A DNA stretch of 64,000 nucleotides from a virus. Taxonomy: Duplodnaviria; Caudoviricetes. The position numbers were made by a program, and so were the translations under genes. The notes beneath the pieces were generated by a model. It was not told where the DNA came from, made no database searches, and saw only the letters and a program-made list of their open reading frames with translations. Each line of letters starts with the position of its first letter. Positions within the stretch are counted from its first letter, which is position 1. The DNA lies in IMG/VR virus record IMGVR_UViG_2645727714_000001, positions 1 to 64,000 of that record; one strand, given 5' to 3'. Positions 46,978 through 56,616 of this stretch are shown piece after piece.

Positions 46978-48456
46978 CTACCGCTGGTTGACCAGGATGC
47001 GCGATACCCGGATCTGCTTGGCCGAGGCGGCCAGCGTGGTCACACTCGCCTGGTAGCCGAGCTGGGTGAACGCGCTCGGGATGGTGACGCTGTGGGTCGC
47101 GACAAGGACGTCCCCGACCCAGAAGCGCACGACGCTGGCGGCCCAGTTCAGCTCCGCGCGCAGCTCGTAGGTGGTCACCGCGGCGATCGCTGCGATGGTG
47201 ACCGTGACGGTGGCGTTGGTGCCGTCGCAGGTAACCGTGCGCCAGTAGGACGTGCCGTCGATCGCAGAGTCGTAACGGAAGTAGATCCCCGTGGCGGTCG
47301 ACGCGCCGCTCGCGGCCGGGCCCGCGCCGCTGGAGCGGTCCGCGGTGACCAGGCCGACGACATAGCGAGTGCTGGCTACGGAGGTGTTGTCTGTCTGGAT
47401 CTTGCCGTAGAAGTAGGGCAGCGAGCTGGTGCGCAGGTGGGTGTAGTTCGGGCTCGTGACCCCGCCGACGCTTCCCGCGGTCGCAGCCGTGGTGAACAGG
47501 GCGAAGTTGCTTTCGATGGTGTCGGCGCCGCCCGCGGTCGCGGCGGTCAGCGTCGGCGCCGGGCAGCCGATTGTCTGGAAGGTGGACGCGCCGCCGGAGG
47601 CATGGATGCCCCAGGTGATCCGCCTCGATGGCGCCCCGAGCTCCTCCTGGTGCCCCGAGGAGGTACGCAGCATGAGCCGCCCGGCCCGTGACCACAGCAC
47701 CACGCCCGCACGGGTCGCGAATGCGTTCTCGGCCGTATGGGAGCCATCCGGGTTCGAGCTCGGCGGGGTGTCGGCGTCCCCCAGGGCCAGCACGTCGATC
47801 CCGCCGCCCGGGTCGCCCTGGGCCATCCGCACGCCGCCGTAGGAGTTCGCCGCGAACCGGCGGTCGAACACTCCGACGGCCGTGAACAGAAGGTCGTTCG
47901 GGTCAGCGGAGTACAGACCCGCGCCGCCGAATGGCGCGACGCCGAAGATGACCGCGCCCCGGAAGTCGCGCACGAGTAGCAGCTGGCGACTGGAGCCTTC
48001 TCGGCCTCGGATGACCACGCCATCCCTGGAGCCGTCCGGGAGTAGAAAATTCCAGACGCCCTCGTTCGAGCTCCCCGTGCCTCCCAGGACCCGCTGGACC
48101 GTGCCGCCGGAGACGTAGGTGCCCGACCCTGTGGCGGCCGAGAGGGTGAAGGCGGTGTTGCTAGTGATCGCGGCGATGGTGCGGACGCCGTTGACACCGG
48201 AGATGCCGGTGGCGCCCGAGATGGTCACCACGTCACCCGCGCCGTAGCCGTGGCTGGCGGACGTGGTGATCGTGACGGTGGAGGTTCCGGCGACTCCGGA
48301 GATTGCCAGAGGCGCCTCGCCGGAGATGATCGTTCCGTCCGCGAGCACCCCGGCGCGGGCTGCGATGTCCCCGGGCAGGCGCGTGTCCCATACGCGGGCG
48401 GTGATCGCGGAGGCCACCCGGCCGGCGAACGCGGTTACCGCGCGGGTCAGCGGCAT
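46978..48456 (-). CDS. Fibre/appendage-like virion protein with FCCH-like beta domain and lectin-like C-terminus
   Basis: TITTSASHGY.AGD.VTISGATG...VNG..TI..IT.NT.F.L; Thr/Ser/Gly-rich; beta-sandwich-like C-terminus. Confidence 0.65.
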   Translation of the reverse strand: MPLTRAVTAFAGRVASAITARVWDTRLPGDIAARAGVLADGTIISGEAPLAISGVAGTSTVTITTSASHGYGAGDVVTISGATGISGVNGVRTIAAITSNTAFTLSAATGSGTYVSGGTVQRVLGGTGSSNEGVWNFLLPDGSRDGVVIRGREGSSRQLLLVRDFRGAVIFGVAPFGGAGLYSADPNDLLFTAVGVFDRRFAANSYGGVRMAQGDPGGGIDVLALGDADTPPSSNPDGSHTAENAFATRAGVVLWSRAGRLMLRTSSGHQEELGAPSRRITWGIHASGGASTFQTIGCPAPTLTAATAGGADTIESNFALFTTAATAGSVGGVTSPNYTHLRTSSLPYFYGKIQTDNTSVASTRYVVGLVTADRSSGAGPAASGASTATGIYFRYDSAIDGTSYWRTVTCDGTNATVTVTIAAIAAVTTYELRAELNWAASVVRFWVGDVLVATHSVTIPSAFTQLGYQASVTTLAASAKQIRVSRILVNQR

Positions 48457-48457
48457 C

Positions 48458-48898
48458 TCAGGTCCACTCGGCGACTCGCGCCGCCCCGTCGGCCGCGGAC
48501 CAGATCCCCGAGACGATCCCGGTGTACCGGGCGGGCAGCTCGTAGTAGTCCCCGGGGCCGAGCGCGACCGTGTAGGACGTGGCCGTCACGGTGCCGGCGC
48601 CCACCCGCAGGTAGAGCGTGGCGGTGGACTCGTTGGTGATCGCGGCCCCGATGCGGGCGGTGTTGGCCGCCAGGACGGTGACCGCACTGGCGGAGGCGGC
48701 GACGTTGGTGTGCGTGCCGGTGCTGGCGGCCCGCTCGCGCACCGCGAGGTTGCCCGCGGCGTCCACCCCGGCTACGCGCCCCGGGGTGATCCCGTCTCCG
48801 AGGGTGACGGTCTGCTGGAGCTCGCCGCCGACATCCTGGGCGTCGAGGGTCTTGGTGGTGTCGGCGGCGTCCTTCGCGCTGATGTTGGAGTCGGCCAT
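48458..48898 (-). CDS. Hypothetical structural protein
   Basis: VLAAN.AR.GA.I.N.S...LYL, YTG.VSGIW. Confidence 0.65.
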   Translation of the reverse strand: MADSNISAKDAADTTKTLDAQDVGGELQQTVTLGDGITPGRVAGVDAAGNLAVRERAASTGTHTNVAASASAVTVLAANTARIGAAITNESTATLYLRVGAGTVTATSYTVALGPGDYYELPARYTGIVSGIWSAADGAARVAEWT

Positions 48899-48908
48899 GC
48901 CGCCCCCG

Positions 48909-49559
48909 CTACGTGAAGCTGAGAGTCGCGGTGGCGGTCCAGGTCTGCCCGGCGGCCTTGGTGCCCTGGGCGATCGACGTGGCGTGGTTGAGCAGCGGCG
49001 CGGTCACCGTCGCGCCGGACGCGGTGCCGGCATCCAGGCCCATCTCGTTCCACGCGAAGTTGCCGTCGGAGCCGCCGAACACGGCCACGTAGGTCAACGT
49101 CTTGGGCACGGTGCCGCCCACCGTCGGTCCGCCTGTGCTTGCGGTGACGAGCTGGAACCAGCGGTTGGCCGCGCCCGAGGCCGCCGCGAGGTCGGTGTCC
49201 GCGGCCACCGCCGGCACCGAGCCCCCGCCCGCCGTCACGGTGCCGTTGCCCACCCCGATGCGCGTGTGAGTGTTGTCGTAGGCCTGCCCGCCCAGGCCGC
49301 CAGCCAGGTTGAGCAGCCTGGTCCACCCGGCGGTGCACAACACGTTGCCCAGGTGCTCGGTCACCGCGTACGGCGCCACCCGCAGGCGCGCGAAGTCCCG
49401 GTCCGTCGGCGCCCGGTCCAGCCGGAGCGTCGCCCACCGGGTGGCGTCCGCGCCCCAGCGCTCGACCCGCCACAGCGTGGTGGCCCGCCCATCACCGGGG
49501 AGGGGGATGCCGGCACCGGCCGCCAGCGCGCCGCCGGCGTGACCGTGATCGAGGGTCAC
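48909..49559 (-). CDS. Hypothetical structural protein (fibre-base-like)
   Basis: IGVGNG..A..DTDL, F...DGNFAWNE.G, GTK.AGQTW. Confidence 0.65.
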   Translation of the reverse strand: MTLDHGHAGGALAAGAGIPLPGDGRATTLWRVERWGADATRWATLRLDRAPTDRDFARLRVAPYAVTEHLGNVLCTAGWTRLLNLAGGLGGQAYDNTHTRIGVGNGTVTAGGGSVPAVAADTDLAAASGAANRWFQLVTASTGGPTVGGTVPKTLTYVAVFGGSDGNFAWNEMGLDAGTASGATVTAPLLNHATSIAQGTKAAGQTWTATATLSFT

Positions 49560-49900
49560 GACTGCTCCACTTCGGCCTGGGCGGCCTCGCGCGGGTCCGC
49601 GAGCTCCACCGGCACCGCGTAGGTGAGCACGGTGTGCCGGCCGTCCCGGTGCGGTTCCTCGCTGACCAGGCGGGCCTCCCCGGCCGGGCGCAGCCCGGCG
49701 AAAACGGCCTCATGCGTGGTGCCGGCCTGGTTGGGGCCGTGGTCGAAGCCCTCGCCGTAGGAGCGGGCGTCCACCACGAACTGCCGGCGGAACTCCCGAG
49801 CCTGCCCGGCCCGTTCGGGCTCGTCCCGTCCCCGGCGGGCGATCACCTGCTCGGCGCTCTCGCCGCGAGGGGTCTCGGCGCTGGCCTGCCGGGTGGCCAT
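49556..49900 (-). CDS. Hypothetical protein after the capsid gene
   Basis: TGATG coupling with capsid. Confidence 0.65.
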   Translation of the reverse strand: MATRQASAETPRGESAEQVIARRGRDEPERAGQAREFRRQFVVDARSYGEGFDHGPNQAGTTHEAVFAGLRPAGEARLVSEEPHRDGRHTVLTYAVPVELADPREAAQAEVEQS

Positions 49901-50814
49901 CAGCGGGTGTCTTCCATGATCGCGAAAGCGCCCGGGTGGCCGATCGTGAACCCGCGCCGTGAGCGCATCTTCAGGATCGACTCGTCGGACAGGAAGCCGA
50001 TGCCGGTGTCGCCGGACACCATCCGGGACTCCGGCCCCGAGCGCATGCCCAGCTTGAGCATGGTCCGGTTGCCCACGATCATCAGCGGGTTGCCGCCAGG
50101 CCGGGCGGTGTTGATCGCCGAGGTCCGCGCGCCCATGCTCCAACGCACCGGCAGCTCGAACAGCGTGTCCGGGGTGCCCTCGCGGCCACTGATGAAGATC
50201 GGACGGCCGGAGTCGTCCTTGATGCCGCGGAAGTTCTTCCGAAAGGTCGGGTGCGCGAGCACGAGGACCTCGTCCTCGGCCCAGTAGTCCGAGTTCTCCA
50301 CCAGGTTGACCGTTTCGGACAGCGCGTCGTACGAGGGACCGCCGCTCCCGGTCGCGGTGTAGTTGCTGTTGGCCACGTAGCCGACGTCCGGGTCATCGGT
50401 GCGGATCGCCCGGTAGACGCTGGTGAACAGGACCGTGGTCCCGTTCTCCGCGCCGGTGCAGCCCAGGGTGGAGTTATCCAGGTACTTGGCGTACGAGGTC
50501 GCCCAGTCCCGCTGCTTGACCTGGATGATCGCCACGGGGGAGTCCGCGAGGTCCTCATCCGCGATGCGGATGGCCTTGCCCATCTTGCGGGCGGTCAGCA
50601 GCACCTCGTCGTTGAGCGAGACGTCCTCGCCGTAGGTCTGCCCCTTGCCGACGCCCTCGACCTCCACGCCGCCGGAGCGGGGGATGGTGCGGGTGTCGGT
50701 GCCCATCGGGACGCGCAGCGCCACGTCCTCGACCACGGACATCTGGCGGATGCGCTGGATGACATCGGAGTCCTGCTCCTCCGGAATCCAGTCGTCGAAG
50801 ATCGTGCGAGCCAC
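49900..50814 (-). CDS. Major capsid protein (HK97 fold)
   Basis: WIPEE, L.ARKMG..I.I.DEDL.DS, IKDDSGRPIF, LF.LPV, R.RRGF; GAAAGG RBS. Confidence 0.9.
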   Translation of the reverse strand: MARTIFDDWIPEEQDSDVIQRIRQMSVVEDVALRVPMGTDTRTIPRSGGVEVEGVGKGQTYGEDVSLNDEVLLTARKMGKAIRIADEDLADSPVAIIQVKQRDWATSYAKYLDNSTLGCTGAENGTTVLFTSVYRAIRTDDPDVGYVANSNYTATGSGGPSYDALSETVNLVENSDYWAEDEVLVLAHPTFRKNFRGIKDDSGRPIFISGREGTPDTLFELPVRWSMGARTSAINTARPGGNPLMIVGNRTMLKLGMRSGPESRMVSGDTGIGFLSDESILKMRSRRGFTIGHPGAFAIMEDTR

Positions 50815-51070
50815 GGCGGGCGCCTTTCGGTGCGGATGGGTGAGTGATTCGCCCATCCGGGCGTCCTGCCGTGCGCTCCACCTGGAGCCGTGGTGCCGGT
50901 GCCTCCGCTCGCCGCGCTCATCCGGGCGCCAGCGAGACGTGCCGTCGATCCGTCACGGATCTGGCGGTGATGCTAACTCTCTGTTGCGGCCCTGTCGAGG
51001 TAGTGGAAGGTGTGCGGGGCGGGTGTGACCCAATGGTGACGACGTGCACCAAGTGTGGCAATCTGGGTGC

Positions 51071-52210
51071 ATGGCGGATGTCGATCGGGGGACTCGGTTC
51101 CAGGGCGCGAACCGGTTCACCGGCGAGGAGGTGGCGGAGCTTGCCACCGCCTACCCGAATCTCGCTGACACTCGTCGCTTGCTCGATAGGGCTGGATTTC
51201 ATTTCCCCGATCTCCCGCAAGTTTGGCAGATTTGGTTTGAAGTGATTGCCGGTGTCGAAGATGGCACATTGAGAGACGGGAGGGAAAAGATTCTTGGAGT
51301 GGCACATCAAGAATTTCCCGAAAATCCCGTCTTTCGGCGCGGAACCCTTTTGAGTAAACTTGGTACTCAAGGCGTAAACCTGGTTGATTCAAATGTTTTC
51401 ATGGAGGTGGCGACCTCTCCTTTCGCGGAGCTGGCGAATCTTTGGAGTGCCTCCCATTTTGCGTGGCAAAATAGACCGCAGGAAACGGAAGCCCCGCTCC
51501 ATCGGAGGCGTATCGAGGCGTTCGTGCTCAGGAATCCGGGTCTTGGCTCTGGGCCGGTTTCGGTCGTTATTTGGGGCGGAGATACGGGTGCACGGGAGAG
51601 TCCGCCGAGCGATCCGCCGCCCCCGCGAGGAAACGTGGGGGGGCGGCGCGCTAGGCGCGCTTCGTTTGAATTTGAAAGTGATTACCGCCATCGGCTACCG
51701 CTGGAATTGCAACTCCTGCGGGCTCAGGTCGCAAGGGAACGTGCGCTTCTCGGTAAGCTTTCTGAGGAACGCCAGAGGCTCGCAGCGCAGCTGGCCGGAG
51801 AGGGTGAGCTGCTCGCTGAGATATCCAGAGAGCGGCAGCGCATCCAGCTCCTATCTGCCGACGAGGCGGGGCGGTATTCACCTACCTCGAGTGTCGACGA
51901 AATTGGGTCGACTGATAATCCGTCGAATGCGGACGGTCAACGGGATTCGCTCGGGCCCGCATCGCCGCAAGGAGGCTTTTTCAAAAAGATCCTCGGTTCG
52001 GCGCTCCGTGCTTTGCGTTTCTCTCTCCCAGTCAGGCCACAGCCTCCTACGCTGCCGCGCGAGCCTGATCAAGGCGAGGTTTCGGCTAACCTCCATGCAA
52101 TTCTAACTAAGATCGAAAACGAACTTGACGGTCAGTTCCAACGCTTCGGTGAGCTCGTGGCCGAGGAGTCTTCCTACACTACTACGAGTCATGAGGATCC
52201 AAGACGGTGA
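51071..52210 (+). CDS. EAD1-like (effector-associated domain) protein with coiled coil; lower-GC moron
   Basis: EVAELATAYP....RRLLDRAGF...LP....W.E....EDG...GR..IL..A...FPENPVF; many A/T-ending codons; antisense to the late operon. Confidence 0.7.
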   Translation: MADVDRGTRFQGANRFTGEEVAELATAYPNLADTRRLLDRAGFHFPDLPQVWQIWFEVIAGVEDGTLRDGREKILGVAHQEFPENPVFRRGTLLSKLGTQGVNLVDSNVFMEVATSPFAELANLWSASHFAWQNRPQETEAPLHRRRIEAFVLRNPGLGSGPVSVVIWGGDTGARESPPSDPPPPRGNVGGRRARRASFEFESDYRHRLPLELQLLRAQVARERALLGKLSEERQRLAAQLAGEGELLAEISRERQRIQLLSADEAGRYSPTSSVDEIGSTDNPSNADGQRDSLGPASPQGGFFKKILGSALRALRFSLPVRPQPPTLPREPDQGEVSANLHAILTKIENELDGQFQRFGELVAEESSYTTTSHEDPRR

Positions 52211-52695
52211 CCGCCTCCCATGAGACATCGACCGCCACCGTCCCGGGTCTGGATTCGCTCGATGTCGGAAGACTCTATGACGCCAGCCTTATTGAGAGGC
52301 TCAGTCGCAAGGACCCTGAGGTTCGCGCGTTCGTCATGGAGCGCATGAAGGCCGAGCACGACAGCCTCATCGAACAGCGCCGCGAGCGGACCCGCCGGGC
52401 AGGCAGTGAGGCGAGTCACCGGTACCGGCAAGCCTGGGCGGAGATAGGTGTTCGTGTAGCCGGGATCGGCTTAGGCTTCGCTGCCGTCATAAATCTCTCG
52501 GCGCTCGCCAAGCACTACAGCGACATCGGCCAAGCCGGCTACGGCGTCCTCATCGTCACGAGCGGCGCCGTGGCGATCGCCGGCATCTTCGTCCTCGGCA
52601 AGTTCGTCGGCCGCATGCCGCGAGTTCCGATCAACACACAGAGTCCGCCGCCGGTCGACCCCAGCGCCAACGGAGGCGGCCCGGCCGCACCCTGA
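52207..52695 (+). CDS. 2-TM membrane protein, DUF2335-like
   Basis: Helical N-terminus (DP....FVMERMKAEH) then two TM helices; GTGA-coupled to the EAD1 gene. Confidence 0.6.
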   Translation: MTASHETSTATVPGLDSLDVGRLYDASLIERLSRKDPEVRAFVMERMKAEHDSLIEQRRERTRRAGSEASHRYRQAWAEIGVRVAGIGLGFAAVINLSALAKHYSDIGQAGYGVLIVTSGAVAIAGIFVLGKFVGRMPRVPINTQSPPPVDPSANGGGPAAP

Positions 52696-52713
52696 GCGAC
52701 CGGGCCGCCGCCC

Positions 52714-53421
52714 TCAGCCCAGCAGCGCGGCCAGTCGCTCGGCCGAGGTCTTGGCCTTGGCCGGCTCGGGCTTGCGGTCTGCGGCGTCGGCCTTCGGTCG
52801 CTTCGCCGGCTCCGGCTTGGGCCTGGGGAAGAACTCCGGGTAGTCGGCCTTGATCGCCTCCACCTGGTCAGCCAGGCCGGTCACCTCCCCGTCCACGTCC
52901 ACCTCGATGCTGTCCTGGTCCAGCAGGCGGTACAGCCGCGCGAACTTGCCCTCCGACGGCTTGCCGTTCTCGTCGATCAGCGCGGCATTCGCGTCGTGGA
53001 ACGCGGCCTTGGCCGCGGAGCGGACGATGATCGGCTTGTAGCGCCCCTCGGTCTCCTTCGCGGACTCCTCCTGGGCCTCCCTCAGGGCCTTGTCGTGGTC
53101 ACTCTCGCCCTTGCGCTTGTCCGCGGCCACCTGCTCCTTGAGCTTGCGCAGATCGGTGCGGTAGCGGCGTGCCTCCTCCCGAGTGCGGGCCAGGGAGTCC
53201 CGCAGGGTGCGCAGTTCGGACGCGCTCGGCCGGTCCTCGTCGCCGTTGTCGTCCGCGTCCTTGCTGGCGTTCTCGTCGGCGTCCGCGTCGCGGTCGTCGT
53301 CCCCGCCGCCGGACTTCGGGTCGGTCCTGCTCTCCTCCTTGCTGCCGACCTTGCCCTCCTCAGCGCCGGCGTCGTCGGTGTCGTCGTCCTCCGGCTCGGG
53401 CCGGGCGTCCTCGTCTGCCAT
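52714..53421 (-). CDS. Capsid scaffolding protein
   Basis: Acidic N-terminus, REEARRYR coiled coil, GL..QVEAIK..YPE.F. Confidence 0.85.
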   Translation of the reverse strand: MADEDARPEPEDDDTDDAGAEEGKVGSKEESRTDPKSGGGDDDRDADADENASKDADDNGDEDRPSASELRTLRDSLARTREEARRYRTDLRKLKEQVAADKRKGESDHDKALREAQEESAKETEGRYKPIIVRSAAKAAFHDANAALIDENGKPSEGKFARLYRLLDQDSIEVDVDGEVTGLADQVEAIKADYPEFFPRPKPEPAKRPKADAADRKPEPAKAKTSAERLAALLG

Positions 53422-53463
53422 CGCGTGCTCCTCTCATGTCGGTCGCGCCCAACGGGCGGGTGG

Positions 53464-54468
53464 TCAGCGGGTTGCTACGGGGACCTGCCGGCCCGGGAAG
53501 TGGCCCTCGCGTACGGCGCGGGCAGCCACCTGACGCACCGAGGCCGGGGCGCCGGCGGGGGAGATCGTGGCCAGCAGCCTGTCGGCCGCGCGCACCCGTG
53601 CGGCGCCTGACTCGCTCGGCAGGGACCAGCCGCGCAACACCGAGCGCACCGCCTCCCGGCGTAGTGCCGCCGCCCAGTCCGCGTCCCGGTCCGGCGCGTA
53701 CGGGATGGTGTGGCACCGGCACCGGGGATGGCGAGGTGCTCCCTTGAGGGCGCCCGCCACCTTCGGTGCGGTGTCGCCGTAGGTGGCGGTCTTGCTCCAG
53801 GTGCCGTCCGCGTCGCACACCACTCCGGCCAGGCGCGTGCAGGCCAGGCAGGCGTCCCGCTCGGCCACCCACACCCGGCGCATCCCGGCGGCCTGGCTGA
53901 CCTCGGCCACGGCATCGTCCACCGCGGAGACCACCACCACGGCGGTGTGCGTCTCCAGCCGGGTGACCGCGCGGCGGGCCTGCCCGAGTGCCATTTCCAG
54001 CGCGGAGTACCCGGAGGCCCGCACCAGCTCGGGCCGCAGCAGGGCCAGCGCGGCCACCTGCTGCTCGCCCACCATCGCGGCCACGGGAGCCAGCGCGGCC
54101 CGCGCGCCGGGGGTAGCACCCCCAGGCGCCGGCACGGGGGGATCAGCGCCTGGAGGTAGCTGCTCACGAGCCTGCCGCACCCCGAGCGCGCGAGCACGCA
54201 CCAACGCGGCCGACAGTGCCCGTGTCGCGATATCGGCGGCACCGGCGAACGCTCCGGCCAGCGCGGTACGCAGCGAGGACAGCAGCCCGACCACCCCGGG
54301 GCCGGCCGGGGCCTCCAGCGCGCCGAACGCGCGCAGCCACCCGCGGGCCGCCACCGTGGCCCACCCAGCCAATCCCGCGGCCAGCTCACCGGCGACGGCC
54401 TCGGTGGTGGCGTCCACCAGCTTGCCCATCTCATGCGCCGCGGCGTCCAGCGCCTCCTGGTCAGGCAC
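53464..54468 (-). CDS. Minor capsid / head morphogenesis (MuF-like) protein
   Basis: WVAERDAC..C..LAG, PRHPRCRC; follows the portal gene. Confidence 0.8.
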   Translation of the reverse strand: MPDQEALDAAAHEMGKLVDATTEAVAGELAAGLAGWATVAARGWLRAFGALEAPAGPGVVGLLSSLRTALAGAFAGAADIATRALSAALVRARALGVRQAREQLPPGADPPVPAPGGATPGARAALAPVAAMVGEQQVAALALLRPELVRASGYSALEMALGQARRAVTRLETHTAVVVVSAVDDAVAEVSQAAGMRRVWVAERDACLACTRLAGVVCDADGTWSKTATYGDTAPKVAGALKGAPRHPRCRCHTIPYAPDRDADWAAALRREAVRSVLRGWSLPSESGAARVRAADRLLATISPAGAPASVRQVAARAVREGHFPGRQVPVATR

Positions 54469-55909
54469 TGGCGTCCTCGTCCGGGGCGTCGATCAGGGCG
54501 CTTACCGCGCGCTCCACCTGCTCCGCGCTGATCACGTTGAGGGCCACCCCGGCCCCGAGGGACTGCACGGCCTGCCCGAGCTTGACCAGCAGGTCGACCT
54601 TCGGCTTGATCTCGTCGCCGCGGTGGTAGCCCCAGGCCTCCACCTGCTCCGCGGAGTAGCCGGACTCCAGCAGGGCCTGCCGGGTGGGAACCCCGGCGTC
54701 GATCTTGGCCTGGATGGCGTTCCAGCCCTCCAGGTCGTCAATGCTGCGCACCGGCGCCCACGCCGGCCGGATCTCCACCTCCTCGCCCAGGCCCGCCGCG
54801 CGGGCCGCGCAGCGCCAGGCGGCTTCGTGGGTGTCGCCGAAGCCGGCGAGGCGGTCCTCGACCTTCTTGTCCAGCGGCGCCTCGGCCGCGCGCAGGCTCT
54901 CCCCGCTGGGCGCGTCCCCGGAGATCTCGAAGAAGTGCGCCGGGGTGGCGGTGGTGGCCCCCATCCACTGCACCATCGCCGTGGCCGGGTCGAGGAACGC
55001 CGCGACATTGGCGGCCTGGAACTCGCCCACCTTGTCCACGTTGCGCAGCCACCACAGCTCCCCAGGCCCAGCACGCAGGGTGGACCGCTCTGCCGTGGGG
55101 GCCTGGGTCTCGTCCTCCTCGTCGAAGCCGCCCGGGTCGTCCGCGTCGCCGCCGGCTACGGCGTAGCGCTGCGGGAAGCCCTGGAAGTCGATCGAGGACA
55201 TCAGGGTGGCCACCAGCTTGGTGATCGCGTTCTGCGGCCCGTAGGCGTTGGCGTGCTCGGGCACCCCGTAGGGCCGGGCGGTGCGCAGGTGAAACACCGG
55301 CACCTCGCCGAGCTCGTGCTCGACCTCGTGGTCGTCATCCTCCCCGTAGGGCTCCCAGTCGCTGTCCACCTCGCCGCGCTGCCTGGGCTGCTCCACCAGC
55401 ACCCACCGCTCCACCCGGTCCGGGTAGTAGAGCGTGGAGCGCAGCCGGCCCGAGGCGGGCAGCCACAGCTTCGCGCCGTAGCGGACCTTCCGCGGGTCCT
55501 CGTCGTCATAGAACGCCCGGGTGGTCAACGGGGAGTTGTGGAACACGTCCACGTCCCCGTCCCTTTCCCCGGGCCACACCAGCAGGTAGGCGTCCCCGTA
55601 CACCTCTGCGTCCCGGTGCGCGTCGGCCACCTCCGCCCGCATCCGGTTGCGGCGCCACTGCGCGGCCAGCCAGTCGGCCGCCGCCTTGTCCGGGGAGGTC
55701 AGGCCCAGCAGGCGCAGCCGCTCCAGCACGGCGTCCACCGGCCGGCAGGCAAGGTTGATCTTGTAGTGGGCGCCGGTGGCCTGGAGCTTCTTGCGGATGG
55801 CCGGTGAGGCGAACACCTCGTCCACCTGCCCCCGGTAGTAGGCCATCGCCTCTTCGTAGCCGGGCCGGGCCTCCCGGATCGCGCACACCGCCGCGGTCAG
55901 GTCCGACAC
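54461..55909 (-). CDS. Portal protein (SPP1 gp6-like)
   Basis: YYRG, N....PVDAV.ERL, YGDAYL.VW, PQNAI.K, FPQRY, PSGESLR. Confidence 0.92.
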   Translation of the reverse strand: MSDLTAAVCAIREARPGYEEAMAYYRGQVDEVFASPAIRKKLQATGAHYKINLACRPVDAVLERLRLLGLTSPDKAAADWLAAQWRRNRMRAEVADAHRDAEVYGDAYLLVWPGERDGDVDVFHNSPLTTRAFYDDEDPRKVRYGAKLWLPASGRLRSTLYYPDRVERWVLVEQPRQRGEVDSDWEPYGEDDDHEVEHELGEVPVFHLRTARPYGVPEHANAYGPQNAITKLVATLMSSIDFQGFPQRYAVAGGDADDPGGFDEEDETQAPTAERSTLRAGPGELWWLRNVDKVGEFQAANVAAFLDPATAMVQWMGATTATPAHFFEISGDAPSGESLRAAEAPLDKKVEDRLAGFGDTHEAAWRCAARAAGLGEEVEIRPAWAPVRSIDDLEGWNAIQAKIDAGVPTRQALLESGYSAEQVEAWGYHRGDEIKPKVDLLVKLGQAVQSLGAGVALNVISAEQVERAVSALIDAPDEDASA

Positions 55910-55916
55910 GTCGCCC

Positions 55917-56180
55917 TCACGAGTCCCACCCGGCTCCGGGCGCCAGCCGGTCCGCGCTGGAGCGGGCGGCGTACTCCGTCCGGGCGCCGCGGCGTGCCCA
56001 GTCCGGCACCGGAACCCCCGGCGCGGCCTCGGTGTGCCGAGTCGAGCCAAGGTCGGCCCCGCACACGCAGTTGCCGGCGCCGCTGGTGACGTCCCGGGCA
56101 TAGACGTGCGGGCGCCCGTACGCGCCGGGCCCCGGGCCGACCGTGCCCTCGAAGCCGGGCACCTCCCGCTCCGATGTCAC
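55917..56180 (-). CDS. Hypothetical protein
   Basis: In operon; HVY..GNCVCG..H. Confidence 0.5.
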   Translation of the reverse strand: MTSEREVPGFEGTVGPGPGAYGRPHVYARDVTSGAGNCVCGADLGSTRHTEAAPGVPVPDWARRGARTEYAARSSADRLAPGAGWDS

Positions 56181-56362
56181 GAGTCACCGTCCAGGTGCTC
56201 GATCTCGGCGTTGGCGTACTCCTCCGCGTACACGTGATCCGGGCTCTCGCCGCCCGCGCACCGGCGCAGCATTCGCAGCAGGTCCTCGCCGGAGATCACG
56301 TGCCAGCCCAGAGAGCCCGCGGGGGCGTCCGCGTCCGGGAGCTGCTGCGCGGGCAGGTCCAC
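56177..56362 (-). CDS. Hypothetical protein
   Basis: GWHVISGEDLL.ML.R...GE.PD.VY.E; start uncertain. Confidence 0.45.
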   Translation of the reverse strand: MDLPAQQLPDADAPAGSLGWHVISGEDLLRMLRRCAGGESPDHVYAEEYANAEIEHLDGDS

Positions 56363-56616
56363 CGCGCGCTCGGCTCCCCGAGCCAGTCCAACCACACCAC
56401 GCGGGTGGCCCCGCCGTGGCCGTGGATGGCCCGGACCTGCTCCATGCTGGCGTAGATCCCGGTGGAGCGGTGTTCCCCGTGCCAGTGCAGCGCGGCCACC
56501 CCGTCGTCCCAGCAGGTGCCCTGTGCCACCTCCCCGAGGCCGGACACCCCGGAGATGTCCCGGTCGCGCACCAGCAGGAACCGCCGGGGGAGCGCGGCGC
56601 TCCCGGTCCTCGTCAC
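56296..56616 (-). CDS. Conserved-looking phage hypothetical protein
   Basis: RRF.L.R..DISGVSG.G.VA.G, IHGHGGATRVVW. Confidence 0.65.
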   Translation of the reverse strand: MTRTGSAALPRRFLLVRDRDISGVSGLGEVAQGTCWDDGVAALHWHGEHRSTGIYASMEQVRAIHGHGGATRVVWLDWLGEPSARWTCPRSSSRTRTPPRALWAGT

